A stretch of 64,000 nt of DNA from an uncultured virus (IMG/VR IMGVR_UViG_3300025362_000006) (IMGVR_UViG_3300025362_000006); one strand, 5' to 3'. Shown: positions 1-9,810, numbered from the stretch's first letter. A program made the numbers and translations. The notes: generated by a model not told the origin, from the sequence alone.

Positions 1-1
1 C

Positions 2-133
2 CCAACATTGATTGATACTGATATTAACACAGTTAAATTTCAATTAACGACTACTGATTACGAACAATACTTTTGTGCGTCGCTTACATTGCCGATTATT
101 GTTCAATTTGTTGAAGTTCTTTCTGAAGACTAA
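2..133 (+). CDS. 3' end of a hypothetical protein (truncated by window start)
   Basis: Open frame PTLIDTDINTVKFQLTTTDYEQYF...VLSED ending at TAA 131-133. Confidence 0.5.
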   Translation, partial: PTLIDTDINTVKFQLTTTDYEQYFCASLTLPIIVQFVEVLSED

Positions 134-195
134 AAAAGCTTTAAGAAATTACTTTCATTTTTATTTATTTTATATTCTTTTAGGAGTTTTAAATT

Positions 196-792
196 ATGTC
201 CGCATTAATCGCTCTTTTTAATACCGAAAACGATGCCCTGGTAGAAAGTGTATTTGTTGATTCTTGTATCGATCTGGTTTCCAATCTAGGTGATGAAGAT
301 ATTGAGAAAATCAATGAGTATGTAACTCTTCTTGATAATAAACAAACCAAAGGTTCTCTGGAGCAGGAAATTTCAGAGGCTCTTGTAATGTTCATGGAAC
401 ACAACGCAGCTCTCTATGGTACTTTTCTTTATGAGTCTACTGATGAAGAGATTGATCCTGAAAATGCAAAGACTATGCTTGAGAATATTCGATCCGCATT
501 TGGTCGTGAGTTTGTTATGGAAGCCCTTTCTGACAAAGCTAAATCTCGTCTGAAAACTGCTGGTAAGATTGGGGCTGGTGCTCTTGCTGCTGGTGGTGCT
601 GCTTATGCTGGTTATAAGAATCAAGAAAGTATTAAAGGTGCAGGCAAAGCTGTATGGAAAAAGATGATAGGCGAAAAAGAAGGAAAAAAATTGCCTCGTA
701 CAGGTACAGGTGGGAGAGATGGTGGAGAAACAGGACAAGGTTATGATTCTCCAGGATTTGACGGTACAGCAAATGAACGTACTGGAAGATAA
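196..792 (+). CDS. putative internal head protein (acidic prodomain + Gly-zipper module)
   Basis: SD AGGAG; acidic N-half with LVE/LYE/VME motifs, then SDKAKSRLKTAGKIGAGALAAGGAAYAGYK shared with neighbouring ORFs. Confidence 0.6.
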   Translation: MSALIALFNTENDALVESVFVDSCIDLVSNLGDEDIEKINEYVTLLDNKQTKGSLEQEISEALVMFMEHNAALYGTFLYESTDEEIDPENAKTMLENIRSAFGREFVMEALSDKAKSRLKTAGKIGAGALAAGGAAYAGYKNQESIKGAGKAVWKKMIGEKEGKKLPRTGTGGRDGGETGQGYDSPGFDGTANERTGR

Positions 793-1238
793 CACACACA
801 TATAATTGACGGTACAGCAAATGAACGTACTGGAAGATAACACACACATATAATTGAGGATTTAATGCTATGAATACAGAACATTGTATGGCATCTGCCA
901 TTTCTGCTGGTCTTGGTGCAATGACTTTTCGTAATCATCTTCGGTCTTTGACTGAAATTTCTGACAAAGCTAAATCTCGTCTGAAAACTGCTGGTAAGAT
1001 TGGAGCTGGTGCTCTTGCTGCTGGCGGTGCTGCTTATGCTGGTTATAAGAATCAAGAAAGTATTAAAGGTGCAGGCAAAGCTGTATGGAAAAAGATGATA
1101 GGCGAAAAAGAAGGAAAAAAATTGCCTCGTACAGGTACAGGTGGGAGAGATGGTGGAGAAACAGGACAAGGTTATGATTCTCCAGGATTTGACGGTACAG
1201 CAAATGAACGTACTGGAAGATAACACACATATAATTGA
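527..1238 (+). repeat. ~280-bp near-identical direct repeat (527-809 vs 958-1238) plus 48-bp tandem duplication (760-857)
   Basis: Direct comparison: two synonymous substitutions and one CA unit differ. Confidence 0.9.
870..1223 (+). CDS. chimeric paralog of 196..792 and 1251..2378
   Basis: RBS/start region identical to that of ORF 1251; leader matches ORF 1251, body matches ORF 196. Confidence 0.65.
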   Translation: MNTEHCMASAISAGLGAMTFRNHLRSLTEISDKAKSRLKTAGKIGAGALAAGGAAYAGYKNQESIKGAGKAVWKKMIGEKEGKKLPRTGTGGRDGGETGQGYDSPGFDGTANERTGR

Positions 1239-1250
1239 GGATTTAATGCT

Positions 1251-2378
1251 ATGGGTATCGATATAAATAAAATCATTGCAGAAGCAACACAAGATGAATC
1301 TGCAAATGATAAAAATATTGAATTGATGACAGAGTCAGTAGAATCTGATCAGGACCAAATTCAAGATACTGGGGAATTAGATCAGACTCCTCAATATGAA
1401 ATGAATACCAACCACTGTATGGCATCTGCCATTTCTGCTGGTCTTGGTGCAATGACTTTTCGTAATCATCTTCGGTCTTTGACTGAAATTTCTGATAAAA
1501 CTAAAGGTCGTTTGAAAACTGCTGCTAAAGTTGTTGGTGGTGTTGGTGCTGCTGGAGTGGCTGGTGTTGCTGCATATAAAAACCAGGAAGGTATTACTAA
1601 AGCATTTAAAACTGGGGTAAAATCAGTTAAGTCACATTTTGCTAATAAAGAAGATTCTGTTAAAACACCTAACGTTTCTACTGATACTGAAAAACCATCC
1701 CCCACACCTATGAAAACTAAAGTTGCTGTACCTGGTACAGTTGGTTCTGGTGAGGCTGCTAGAGCAAGTGCTGCTGGTAAACCTGCGACTAAACCTGGTA
1801 CTTATTTTAAAGGTGGAGCAAAAATGGGCCAAGGTTCTAATACTGGTATGTCTGATGCTCGTAAATTGAATAAACTTGCACCTACTGCTAAGAACGATGG
1901 TGGTATGTCTGATGCTCGTAAATTGAATAAACTTGCACCTACTGCTAAGAACGATGGTGGTATGTCTGATGCTCGTAAATTGAATAAACTTGCACCTACT
2001 GCTAAGAACGATGGTGGTATGTCTGATGCTCGTAAATTGAATAAACTTGCACCTACTGCTAAGAACGATGGTGGTATGTCTGATGCTCGTAAATTGAATA
2101 AACTTGCACCTCATCAAATACTAAAACCAAAAGAAAATAACCCTGATCCTGATCGATTTAAAAGACTTCCTGGGCAAGATAAATTTGTTCCTAAACCTAC
2201 TAAAGTTATACCAACTAAATTAAGTAATCCTGATCCTGATCGATTTAAATCCAGTATAAATACTAGAGTAACAGGTTCAGATTCAACTAGACTTAATAAA
2301 AGTATATCTGATGCAAATAGACTTGCTAATAATAAAAAATTTGCAAAAGGACTTTTTAGTAAAAATACATATAAATAA
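1251..2378 (+). CDS. putative internal head protein with 19-aa tandem repeats
   Basis: SD GAGG; acidic leader, LTE|ISDK junction, Gly-zipper, Lys/Pro-rich tail. Confidence 0.65.
   Translation: MGIDINKIIAEATQDESANDKNIELMTESVESDQDQIQDTGELDQTPQYEMNTNHCMASAISAGLGAMTFRNHLRSLTEISDKTKGRLKTAAKVVGGVGAAGVAGVAAYKNQEGITKAFKTGVKSVKSHFANKEDSVKTPNVSTDTEKPSPTPMKTKVAVPGTVGSGEAARASAAGKPATKPGTYFKGGAKMGQGSNTGMSDARKLNKLAPTAKNDGGMSDARKLNKLAPTAKNDGGMSDARKLNKLAPTAKNDGGMSDARKLNKLAPTAKNDGGMSDARKLNKLAPHQILKPKENNPDPDRFKRLPGQDKFVPKPTKVIPTKLSNPDPDRFKSSINTRVTGSDSTRLNKSISDANRLANNKKFAKGLFSKNTYK
1845..2111 (+). repeat. 57-bp coding tandem repeat x~4.7 (GMSDARKLNKLAPTAKNDG)
   Basis: Identical units start at 1845, 1902, 1959, 2016, 2073. 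Confidence 0.95.
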
Positions 2379-2396
2379 TTATAAGGACAAAAAATA

Positions 2397-2903
2397 ATGT
2401 TGTCCACAAAATACCTATACGAAATTTCAGATATAAATAAATCAAGACTTGGTGTAGCAGGTAGGGCAGCATTAGTTGGTGGAGCAGGATTCGCTGCATA
2501 TCATGCTTTAAAAGGTAATGATGTTGATCAACCACCAAAAACTCCAAAAACTCCAAAACCTTCAGACGAAACTCCAACCAAACCTGCTAACTCAAATACA
2601 CCAATTAAAACTAGAAGCGATCGTGCAGTTGGGCAAACTAAAAGTGATGTTACTAAGAATCCTTGGAACCCTTTTAAATCGCTTAAGACTCATAGTCCTG
2701 AAAAAACTATGGTTCCAACACATGCGCCTGAACCTTCAAATTATCGTCCAGGTGCAACGGGTCATAATCCACCTGTTAAGGCCAGTACAATGACAACTAA
2801 ACAACCCCCTGGATTGAATGTTAAAGATCCTGGATCAAGAACTAGTAAATTAGGGCTGAATACTAATTCAGATAGAAAAAGAATGAATGACAATGGATTG
2901 TGA
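2397..2903 (+). CDS. putative internal head protein, Gly-zipper family (frame continues past TGA to 3083)
   Basis: MLSTKYLYE|ISDINKSRLGVAGRAALVGGAGFAAY; Pro/Lys-rich tail. Confidence 0.6.
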   Translation: MLSTKYLYEISDINKSRLGVAGRAALVGGAGFAAYHALKGNDVDQPPKTPKTPKPSDETPTKPANSNTPIKTRSDRAVGQTKSDVTKNPWNPFKSLKTHSPEKTMVPTHAPEPSNYRPGATGHNPPVKASTMTTKQPPGLNVKDPGSRTSKLGLNTNSDRKRMNDNGL

Positions 2904-3111
2904 AATAAACGAACTAGTCCAGGTCAATATCAATCTGCAAAGACACCAGATATTAATACTGGTGGTCAAATGTCAGTTACAGATAGTCAAAAAAGTATAG
3001 CTGCTCGTAAACCAATGAAACAGGGCATTAAAAACTTTTTTACTAAACATTATAGTGGCGACCCAACTTACGATAAAAAATAAAAAACAATACATAGGAG
3101 AATAAATAAAC

Positions 3112-3423
3112 ATGTCTATCTTAGATACTATTTTCGAAAACGAAGACTTTCAGAATGTAATGACTGAAAATGAAGCTGTTCTTGCTGAAACAGAGCAGAA
3201 GATTAGTGACTTTCCCAAAGTTCTTAAATCATTCATCCTTGCTAATCCGAATGAGTTTCTTGCAGAAAATGGGAACCAGATTTATAAGAACGTCAAGACT
3301 TTTACTGAAGTTGCTACTGCTCAGTATATTCAGGAACTCTCTACAGTTATGTCTGAAAACTTTCAGATGCCCAATGATGTAGATCCAATTGAAGAGAATT
3401 CTGCGATTAATGCTTATCTTTAA
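3112..3423 (+). CDS. small acidic protein, possible prohead core/scaffold component
   Basis: SD AGGAG; repeated IFE/MTE/LAE/MSE motifs like the MCP prodomain. Confidence 0.55.
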   Translation: MSILDTIFENEDFQNVMTENEAVLAETEQKISDFPKVLKSFILANPNEFLAENGNQIYKNVKTFTEVATAQYIQELSTVMSENFQMPNDVDPIEENSAINAYL

Positions 3424-3433
3424 TATTTAAATT

Positions 3434-3478
3434 TAGTGGGAGACTGTATTAGAAAGTGCAGTCTTCCACTAATTTTTT
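3434..3478 (+). terminator. intrinsic terminator-like hairpin
   Basis: TTAGTGGGAGACTGTATT-AGAA-AGTGCAGTCTTCCACTAA followed by a T-run. Confidence 0.65.
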
Positions 3479-3526
3479 AACGAGTTTGTTTTTTCAAGTG
3501 TTATATATAAATGCGAGGATTATTTT

Positions 3527-3679
3527 ATGGATGGACAAGATATTACAGCGGTTGCAGCAACAGGAGCAATGGCTCTTGCTTATAAGAAGTATCTTGAAGC
3601 ATTAAAACAAAAAGACAAACAGAAAGCTGATGACTATTTGACAATTCTTCAAAATAATAGTGGTTATACTGAACGATAA
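3527..3679 (+). CDS. small hypothetical protein (50 aa, not in ORF track)
   Basis: SD GAGGA, downstream of TATATAAAT motif; MDGQDITAVAATGAMALAYKKYLEALKQK... Confidence 0.55.
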   Translation: MDGQDITAVAATGAMALAYKKYLEALKQKDKQKADDYLTILQNNSGYTER

Positions 3680-3698
3680 TATATAGGAGATTGTAAAA

Positions 3699-4031
3699 AT
3701 GATTAGTGTGGGACGAATTTACGAAGGATTAACAATCACTGGTATTGCTAAAGTTGGTCTGGGTATTGCTGCTATAGGATCACTTATTAATCATCTTAAA
3801 GGCAACGATGTTAAAGAATCTAATCAATTCTTTGATGAATGGAAGAAGAAATACCAAGATGTTAAAATTGAAGATGCTATCAATTCTGTTGTTAAAAAGG
3901 GTGGAACGATTGTTGAAGATTTAAAGAATACTGAGGGTGTTAAATCTTGGATAGATAAAATGTTGACTAATGAACAATATCAAAAATTAACAACACGAGC
4001 TAAAGATTTTGTCGATCAATTAAAAAATTAG
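3699..4031 (+). CDS. putative internal head protein, Gly-zipper family
   Basis: SD AGGAG; MISVGRIYE|GL...AKVGLGIAAIGSLINHLKGND. Confidence 0.6.
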   Translation: MISVGRIYEGLTITGIAKVGLGIAAIGSLINHLKGNDVKESNQFFDEWKKKYQDVKIEDAINSVVKKGGTIVEDLKNTEGVKSWIDKMLTNEQYQKLTTRAKDFVDQLKN

Positions 4032-4050
4032 ACTATGTGGGGAAATTAAA

Positions 4051-4743
4051 ATGATTAGTGTTGCGCCACTTTATGAAATTTCAACTCGATGGAAATCTCG
4101 TTTTAAGACGGCGGGTAAAATAGGAGCAGGTGTTGCTGGAGCTGTTGGTGCGGGAGCAATTGTTTACAATACTATGAAAGGTAATCCTAATGAACATTAT
4201 GTTGACAACCAAATATTTAATAATTCAATCAAAACAAATAAAAAAGCAATTGATCCATATATTCAAAATCTTTATAATAAAATAAATCAGGATAAACCTG
4301 AAACGAATAATCCTTATATTGTTAAAGCAATTGTAAAACAAAAGATTGATAAACTTGAGGATTTCACTCCGGATATGGTAAAATGGGGTACTGAAGAACA
4401 CCCAGGTAAATATGGACATACTTCTAAATCGATTAGTAAATATATTAAAAAAACAGATAAAGATTCTAAAAATATGAGTAGGCTTCCCGAATATAGAGAA
4501 AAACAAAAAATATCACATACAATATTTATTGAAAGAGAAAAATTTAATAAGAAAATGAATAACTTAGAAATTAAATGGAATAAGACGAACACTGACTTAT
4601 CTATAAGGGCAAACAAGAGGGCATTTTTTCAAAAATTACATAACCAAGCTGATGAAATATTATCCAAAAAAGATGATATTGCTTATTATAAATACAGAAA
4701 GACATATATTGATAAATTTGATACACTTCCTCCTAATCTTTAA
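4051..4743 (+). CDS. putative internal head protein, Gly-zipper family
   Basis: MISVAPLYE|ISTRWKSRFKTAGKIGAGVAGAVGAGAIVY. Confidence 0.6.
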   Translation: MISVAPLYEISTRWKSRFKTAGKIGAGVAGAVGAGAIVYNTMKGNPNEHYVDNQIFNNSIKTNKKAIDPYIQNLYNKINQDKPETNNPYIVKAIVKQKIDKLEDFTPDMVKWGTEEHPGKYGHTSKSISKYIKKTDKDSKNMSRLPEYREKQKISHTIFIEREKFNKKMNNLEIKWNKTNTDLSIRANKRAFFQKLHNQADEILSKKDDIAYYKYRKTYIDKFDTLPPNL

Positions 4744-4819
4744 GTTATTTATTTTTTACAAATAAAAAACTCGCACACACTACAATTAAGTAATATATGC
4801 GAGCAAAGTTTTTTTAATA

Positions 4820-6169
4820 TTAGCGTGGAATAAGAATAGTCGAAGTATTCATCAACTCATCATCAAAAGATTTTGAAGTAGTGCTAATGAATACAGTCGG
4901 TACACTTCTGCACCATTTGAATTTTGTATCTTTCAAACAATATCCAATATCTGAATACCCGTCTGTAAGACTAAGAACTAAAGATAGTTTATCCTTCAAT
5001 TCGTTGTCACTTTCCCAATATTCTTTCTGAACAAATCTATAACAATCTTCGTGAGCGGTTCCACCTCCAGTATCGAAACCAATATTATTAATAAATGTCA
5101 TAAACTCGATTTTATTATCGCTTTCGAATTGAATATTTTGAACTATTCTAGAATTATGTACAAGTACATGAGTAGTCTCAAAATTATCCAATGATTGGTT
5201 GACAATATAAGCAAACTTTTTTAATTCTTTTTTGCTTATGCTGCCAGAAACATCAATCCAGATAACTAGAATACCAACATTCTCTTTTTCTTCTTCCATA
5301 GAAACTCCAGGAAGAGTGATGCCATGAGGAGCGTAGTATTTATTAATTGCTCTCCAACTACGATCATTAGGCTTTAATATTGTATTTGTTTTAATTGCTT
5401 TCTCAACAAGAGTTTCCCATTTAATTTCAACCTTTAACAGATTACTTAAAAACTCTTTAATTGATCCATTAGACGATGTTCCTCGACCCTTTTGGTCAAG
5501 TATGTTATTTGTTGCTCGAGCATTGTTGATTATTTGCTCGATTTTCTCTTTTAACTTTTGCTTGTCTTCTATTGTTGATTGTTCATCAGTATTTGAAACG
5601 TTATTACTTTCAAATTCCTGACCAGTATTGCTATCTGTAATAGTTGTTGACTTGTCTGATTTATCAGTTTGCTTAAATTGTTTTTCATTTTTTAATAACC
5701 ATTCATAAGCTTCTTCTTCAATACAATCGGGCATTTTTCTATCGAGTTCTGGAATAATATTAACACGATCTTTATAAAACTGGACAATTTTTAAATCTCG
5801 ACAACTTCGATCAATTATATGATCACAAGCAAGATTATACAGTTCTTTGTTTGATTTATTTTTACTAAGTACCCCATGTCTCCTAAATATGTGAGATAGT
5901 TCATGTATAATCAAACCAATTAAATCATCTGATGTATAGTCTGGTTGTCCAACAAATTTTCGGCTTATATGAATATACCCATCTATTGGTTTACTTTCAT
6001 CGAAACTTAATACAACGAAACCTTCATTCTCATAATCTCCAATTACCCATTCGTATTTGTATGACATAATTCCAAAAACTGCAAGTTCAAAGTCTCGTCT
6101 AAAGAATTTAATTTTAGCATGTTTAATCACATTCTTTATGTGTTGATCGATTTTTTCTTCTTCTGTCAT
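4820..6169 (-). CDS. vWA-domain protein with putative metallopeptidase domain
   Basis: HExxH (IIHELSHI), MIDAS DVSGS, GGGT and LTDG motifs; adjacent to AAA ATPase. Confidence 0.85.
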   Translation of the reverse strand: MTEEEKIDQHIKNVIKHAKIKFFRRDFELAVFGIMSYKYEWVIGDYENEGFVVLSFDESKPIDGYIHISRKFVGQPDYTSDDLIGLIIHELSHIFRRHGVLSKNKSNKELYNLACDHIIDRSCRDLKIVQFYKDRVNIIPELDRKMPDCIEEEAYEWLLKNEKQFKQTDKSDKSTTITDSNTGQEFESNNVSNTDEQSTIEDKQKLKEKIEQIINNARATNNILDQKGRGTSSNGSIKEFLSNLLKVEIKWETLVEKAIKTNTILKPNDRSWRAINKYYAPHGITLPGVSMEEEKENVGILVIWIDVSGSISKKELKKFAYIVNQSLDNFETTHVLVHNSRIVQNIQFESDNKIEFMTFINNIGFDTGGGTAHEDCYRFVQKEYWESDNELKDKLSLVLSLTDGYSDIGYCLKDTKFKWCRSVPTVFISTTSKSFDDELMNTSTILIPR

Positions 6170-6174
6170 TTTGA

Positions 6175-7377
6175 TTACCCTCCAGTAATTAATTCAATAA
6201 ATCTGTCCATAATAGTTGGATCTAATTTACCAATTTGATTACACACATTTTCATATATGTTTCTTTTATTGTGAGTTTTTTCATAATCGACTAATTCTTG
6301 AAACATCATATATCCAAGATCAGGTACATCATTAATATATCGAAATATTATATTTGTCAAATCAGGGATAACTTTCTTTGTATCTTTTAATCCAGTTACA
6401 TGACTACAAAGAGCAAAACAAAGAATGTATTGATCTTGAAGACTGTTTGGCATTTTAAAATTATCAGACTCTTCAAGAATTTTTTTAATATCGAATTTTG
6501 TAAATATATCATAATACAATACAAAATCTGAAGTCGCCTCCATACTTACATGACCTTGACACATATAATGAATATCTGATGTCGATAGCTTCTTTTCAGA
6601 TGTCCATGCTTCTTTTTGAGAAAGAAAATTACTAAGTCTGGTCCATGCTCTTGGACTTCCCCAAGGATTATCAACAACTTCATCTTCATGAAAATATTTT
6701 TGGTAATTTTCATTTTTTAAAAAAGACATAATAGAATAATGTATATTGTTCTTAATTGCAAATTTCTCTCGCCATTCTTCATACGTTGTTGTTACTGGCA
6801 TCATGAAAATTCTGTTGATAATAGCTGAAAACATTGTCTTGCTTCCAGCTTTGTTGTGACCATGATTTCCAGCCATAACAAGTGCAACAGTTTTCGGTAG
6901 ATCGTATTCTCTTAGTTTACGTTCTGTTAATAGCTCATATAATAATGCCATGTGGATTGATCCACAGAGATGCATATCATCAAGCAACCAGATAATCATG
7001 TCGTACTTTTTAACTGTTTCTCCATTAGAATCTAATTCAGTTTCTTCACTTAGTTCATAAAGTTTCTTCATGATAGCAGGAAATGACCATACTGTACCTA
7101 TTTGATCTTTTCCATTTACTGTTATTTTAGTAAACTGAGGAATTCCGCTATGTTCTTCATATGGAGTGATTGCAAAGTGAGTTGACACAACCGCAGTTTT
7201 ACCCATATTTACAGCGAGTGCTTGCATTGATTGAGTTTTACCTCCACCGGGTGCACCAGCAATATATGGAACTTGTACATCCACTCCATTAATTTGAAGA
7301 TAACAAGATTCGACTGCCCACTGTACAGCTTCGTTGATATTCTTATACTGTACTTTTTCAGAAATAATTTCAGACAT
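6175..7377 (-). CDS. MoxR-like AAA+ ATPase
   Basis: Walker A GAPGGGKT, Walker B-like LLDD, AGN sensor, SPRAW motif; SD on minus strand. Confidence 0.85.
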   Translation of the reverse strand: MSEIISEKVQYKNINEAVQWAVESCYLQINGVDVQVPYIAGAPGGGKTQSMQALAVNMGKTAVVSTHFAITPYEEHSGIPQFTKITVNGKDQIGTVWSFPAIMKKLYELSEETELDSNGETVKKYDMIIWLLDDMHLCGSIHMALLYELLTERKLREYDLPKTVALVMAGNHGHNKAGSKTMFSAIINRIFMMPVTTTYEEWREKFAIKNNIHYSIMSFLKNENYQKYFHEDEVVDNPWGSPRAWTRLSNFLSQKEAWTSEKKLSTSDIHYMCQGHVSMEATSDFVLYYDIFTKFDIKKILEESDNFKMPNSLQDQYILCFALCSHVTGLKDTKKVIPDLTNIIFRYINDVPDLGYMMFQELVDYEKTHNKRNIYENVCNQIGKLDPTIMDRFIELITGG

Positions 7378-7408
7378 TAAACATTCTCCTTTTTAAGTTG
7401 GGAAAAAT

Positions 7409-7753
7409 ATGAAACAAACCAGTGATCTAGGAACACATTATGATATCCAGCCAATGGATTACAAATCTATTTTTAATGAATTTACTAAATCAGTTCATAA
7501 TAATAGATTTATAATTAATTTAGATTATTTATTATATACTGATAATTTTGAATATGTTGATTTTTCAAAAGATGTTTGGACATTTCGTCCTGACTATTTT
7601 TGTGCGGATCATTATGATCATTCATTTGTTTATCCTGTAATTTTATTAGTAAATGGTATAAAAACAATATTTGAATTTATACCAGATAACATATCCGATA
7701 ACCGAATTATTGCTCCAAAAATAAATAAAATAATTAAATTACTTTCAATATAA
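7409..7753 (+). CDS. baseplate wedge protein, T4 gp53/LysM-like
   Basis: FRPDYFCADHY...VILLVNGI pattern resembles gp53/LysM family. Confidence 0.55.
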   Translation: MKQTSDLGTHYDIQPMDYKSIFNEFTKSVHNNRFIINLDYLLYTDNFEYVDFSKDVWTFRPDYFCADHYDHSFVYPVILLVNGIKTIFEFIPDNISDNRIIAPKINKIIKLLSI

Positions 7754-7839
7754 AAAAGTAGTTGAAATTAACTGACTATATATGTTATTTATATATAAAA
7801 ACAGCAAATATTAAAATTTTCAGATAAAGGATCTATACT

Positions 7840-8811
7840 ATGTCTCAAGAACTTAAAGCCGATAATATCGATTTTAATAGCAAAAAGAATGCTGATATTA
7901 ATAAAACATATAATAAAAAAGGAGACATGATAGTTTATACAAAAGATGAATTTAACTATACAGAATTTTATGATTTGTTTGGTTTATATTTATCTAAAAT
8001 GCCAAATAATTTAATGACAAAACAAGTTAGTAATTTGTATACTCGTAAAGGTATATTTGCGGGAATGCGATTAATTAAATCAAATATTTATCCATATTCT
8101 AGATTGATGATTAGAGATAAGAAAATAAACGGTATTATTCTTGATACTCAACAACTTGATATTAAATTAAGTGGAGAAACAGACAATATAGATAATTGTG
8201 TATATTCAACATATTTTTCAATGATTCGTGCAGCAATTATTTGTAATGAAGATAATATTCTTGGTGATTATGATTTTCATGCTCTTGTGATTAGTTATTT
8301 TTATTATACTGTATTGAAAGCTTTTGGTCAAGCTAATGTTTTAAACAAACAGCAATTGGATGGTATATTGTTAGCTTGTGGTTATCTGTATCTTCGTTAT
8401 CATTTATGTATGAATCATTCTGCTGCAAAAAATAGAGTATATAAGATATTTGATAAGATTGATAAAGATACTCTTAAACTATATTCTCCCAAGTTTGAGT
8501 TGTTGACAAAATATAAACAACTTAAAGATATTGGCAAAGTATTGATCGATTTAGAAATTATTTCTGAAGACCCAAATAGAATTTTAATTAACCTAATTCA
8601 ATTATTTGGTAAGACTCATTTTTATAATTTAATGGGTCCTTTGAGTTACGTTGTTGGATCAATTGTGTTAAGTAATTACCCTTCTGATTTATTTGAGAAG
8701 AATGTGATAATTAATAGTAGACTCCAAAGTAAAATTGAAAATGAAACATTAGCTTATTTGAGTAAAACTTCATTTGAAATTCATAAGATGAAAATTTCAA
8801 TTTGGGGATAA
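7840..8811 (+). CDS. hypothetical protein
   Basis: 323-aa ORF with SD AAGGA. Confidence 0.7.
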   Translation: MSQELKADNIDFNSKKNADINKTYNKKGDMIVYTKDEFNYTEFYDLFGLYLSKMPNNLMTKQVSNLYTRKGIFAGMRLIKSNIYPYSRLMIRDKKINGIILDTQQLDIKLSGETDNIDNCVYSTYFSMIRAAIICNEDNILGDYDFHALVISYFYYTVLKAFGQANVLNKQQLDGILLACGYLYLRYHLCMNHSAAKNRVYKIFDKIDKDTLKLYSPKFELLTKYKQLKDIGKVLIDLEIISEDPNRILINLIQLFGKTHFYNLMGPLSYVVGSIVLSNYPSDLFEKNVIINSRLQSKIENETLAYLSKTSFEIHKMKISIWG

Positions 8812-8832
8812 TGAATTTAAAAGGAGAATATT

Positions 8833-9810
8833 GTGTCCGTCCATACAGATATTGTTTTACAAGACAAAGAATTTATTGGAACTATTATACCTAAAGGGTC
8901 AGATAAAGAATATGATGACGTAAAAATGAAAGGACGATATAGAGTCCATATTCCTGAATTGATGCCTCATATAGAAAAAGATGAAGGTATTATGTGTAAA
9001 AATCATACACACAATTGGCGAATGACACCTTCTGATGTTGGAGAATATGGTAGTTATTATCCACTTCATTCTGGTACTCATGTAATAGTTAAATTCTATA
9101 CGAATGATTTGCTTTCTGGATATATTGATAGAATAATTTCAGATTGGAAAGACGATAGAGATGTTCTAGGTCAAGACTGTGTTGATGTTAAATCTGTTCC
9201 GACTGACCGTGATGAACAGTACATAATCTTTAAGACTCCCAAAAAATGGAGTATATTCTACGTGAATGAGGAGACGGAGAAAGAACCGAACACAATTTAT
9301 TTAGTTTATAATAGAGACAACGGACCAAAAAGACGAACAGTATTTCGAATTGATGAGAGTGGACTTAGTTTTGATACTAGAGATAATCGTAGGGTACGAA
9401 TTAGAATGGACGATAACCAACAAGTTGATGGTGATCAAACAGAATTAGTGAAGGGATACTCAACAGAACATATTGATGGTGATAAAGATTCACATTTTCA
9501 TAGTAACGAAATTATTGAAGTTGATGGGCATACCAATATTTCTAATCATGGATATATGGATCGTTGGTCAGGGACTTCTATTAATTATGATGCTCCAATT
9601 ATTAATTTAAATTGTGGGATTGCGGCACAAACATCTGCAAAACCAAATACTTCTGTACGAGATCTTGGACCACAAGAAACAAGTGAATATGATCTAGCAG
9701 ATACAGTACGAGAGGGTAGACCATTAGTTACTGGTGATAAGTGTGATGATGTGACAGATCATTATAATATTGAAAAACGTGACGGTGAGTCAATGGATTT
9801 ACCAGAGTAA
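8833..9810 (+). CDS. baseplate central spike, gp5/VgrG-like
   Basis: N-terminal KGRYRVHIPEL OB-fold motif, VDGD-type beta-helix repeats, APIINLN end motif. Confidence 0.75.
   Translation: MSVHTDIVLQDKEFIGTIIPKGSDKEYDDVKMKGRYRVHIPELMPHIEKDEGIMCKNHTHNWRMTPSDVGEYGSYYPLHSGTHVIVKFYTNDLLSGYIDRIISDWKDDRDVLGQDCVDVKSVPTDRDEQYIIFKTPKKWSIFYVNEETEKEPNTIYLVYNRDNGPKRRTVFRIDESGLSFDTRDNRRVRIRMDDNQQVDGDQTELVKGYSTEHIDGDKDSHFHSNEIIEVDGHTNISNHGYMDRWSGTSINYDAPIINLNCGIAAQTSAKPNTSVRDLGPQETSEYDLADTVREGRPLVTGDKCDDVTDHYNIEKRDGESMDLPE

Noticed and set aside
527..1238. Diversity-generating retroelement TR/VR pair
   Set aside because: Only two substitutions, both synonymous, and no reverse transcriptase in the window
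1845..2111. CRISPR array
   Set aside because: Units are contiguous and identical with no unique spacers; the repeat is in frame within a CDS
373..2577. Minus-strand ORFs over the repeat-rich cluster (and similar shadow ORFs elsewhere)
   Set aside because: Antisense shadows of biased plus-strand genes, lacking RBS or motifs
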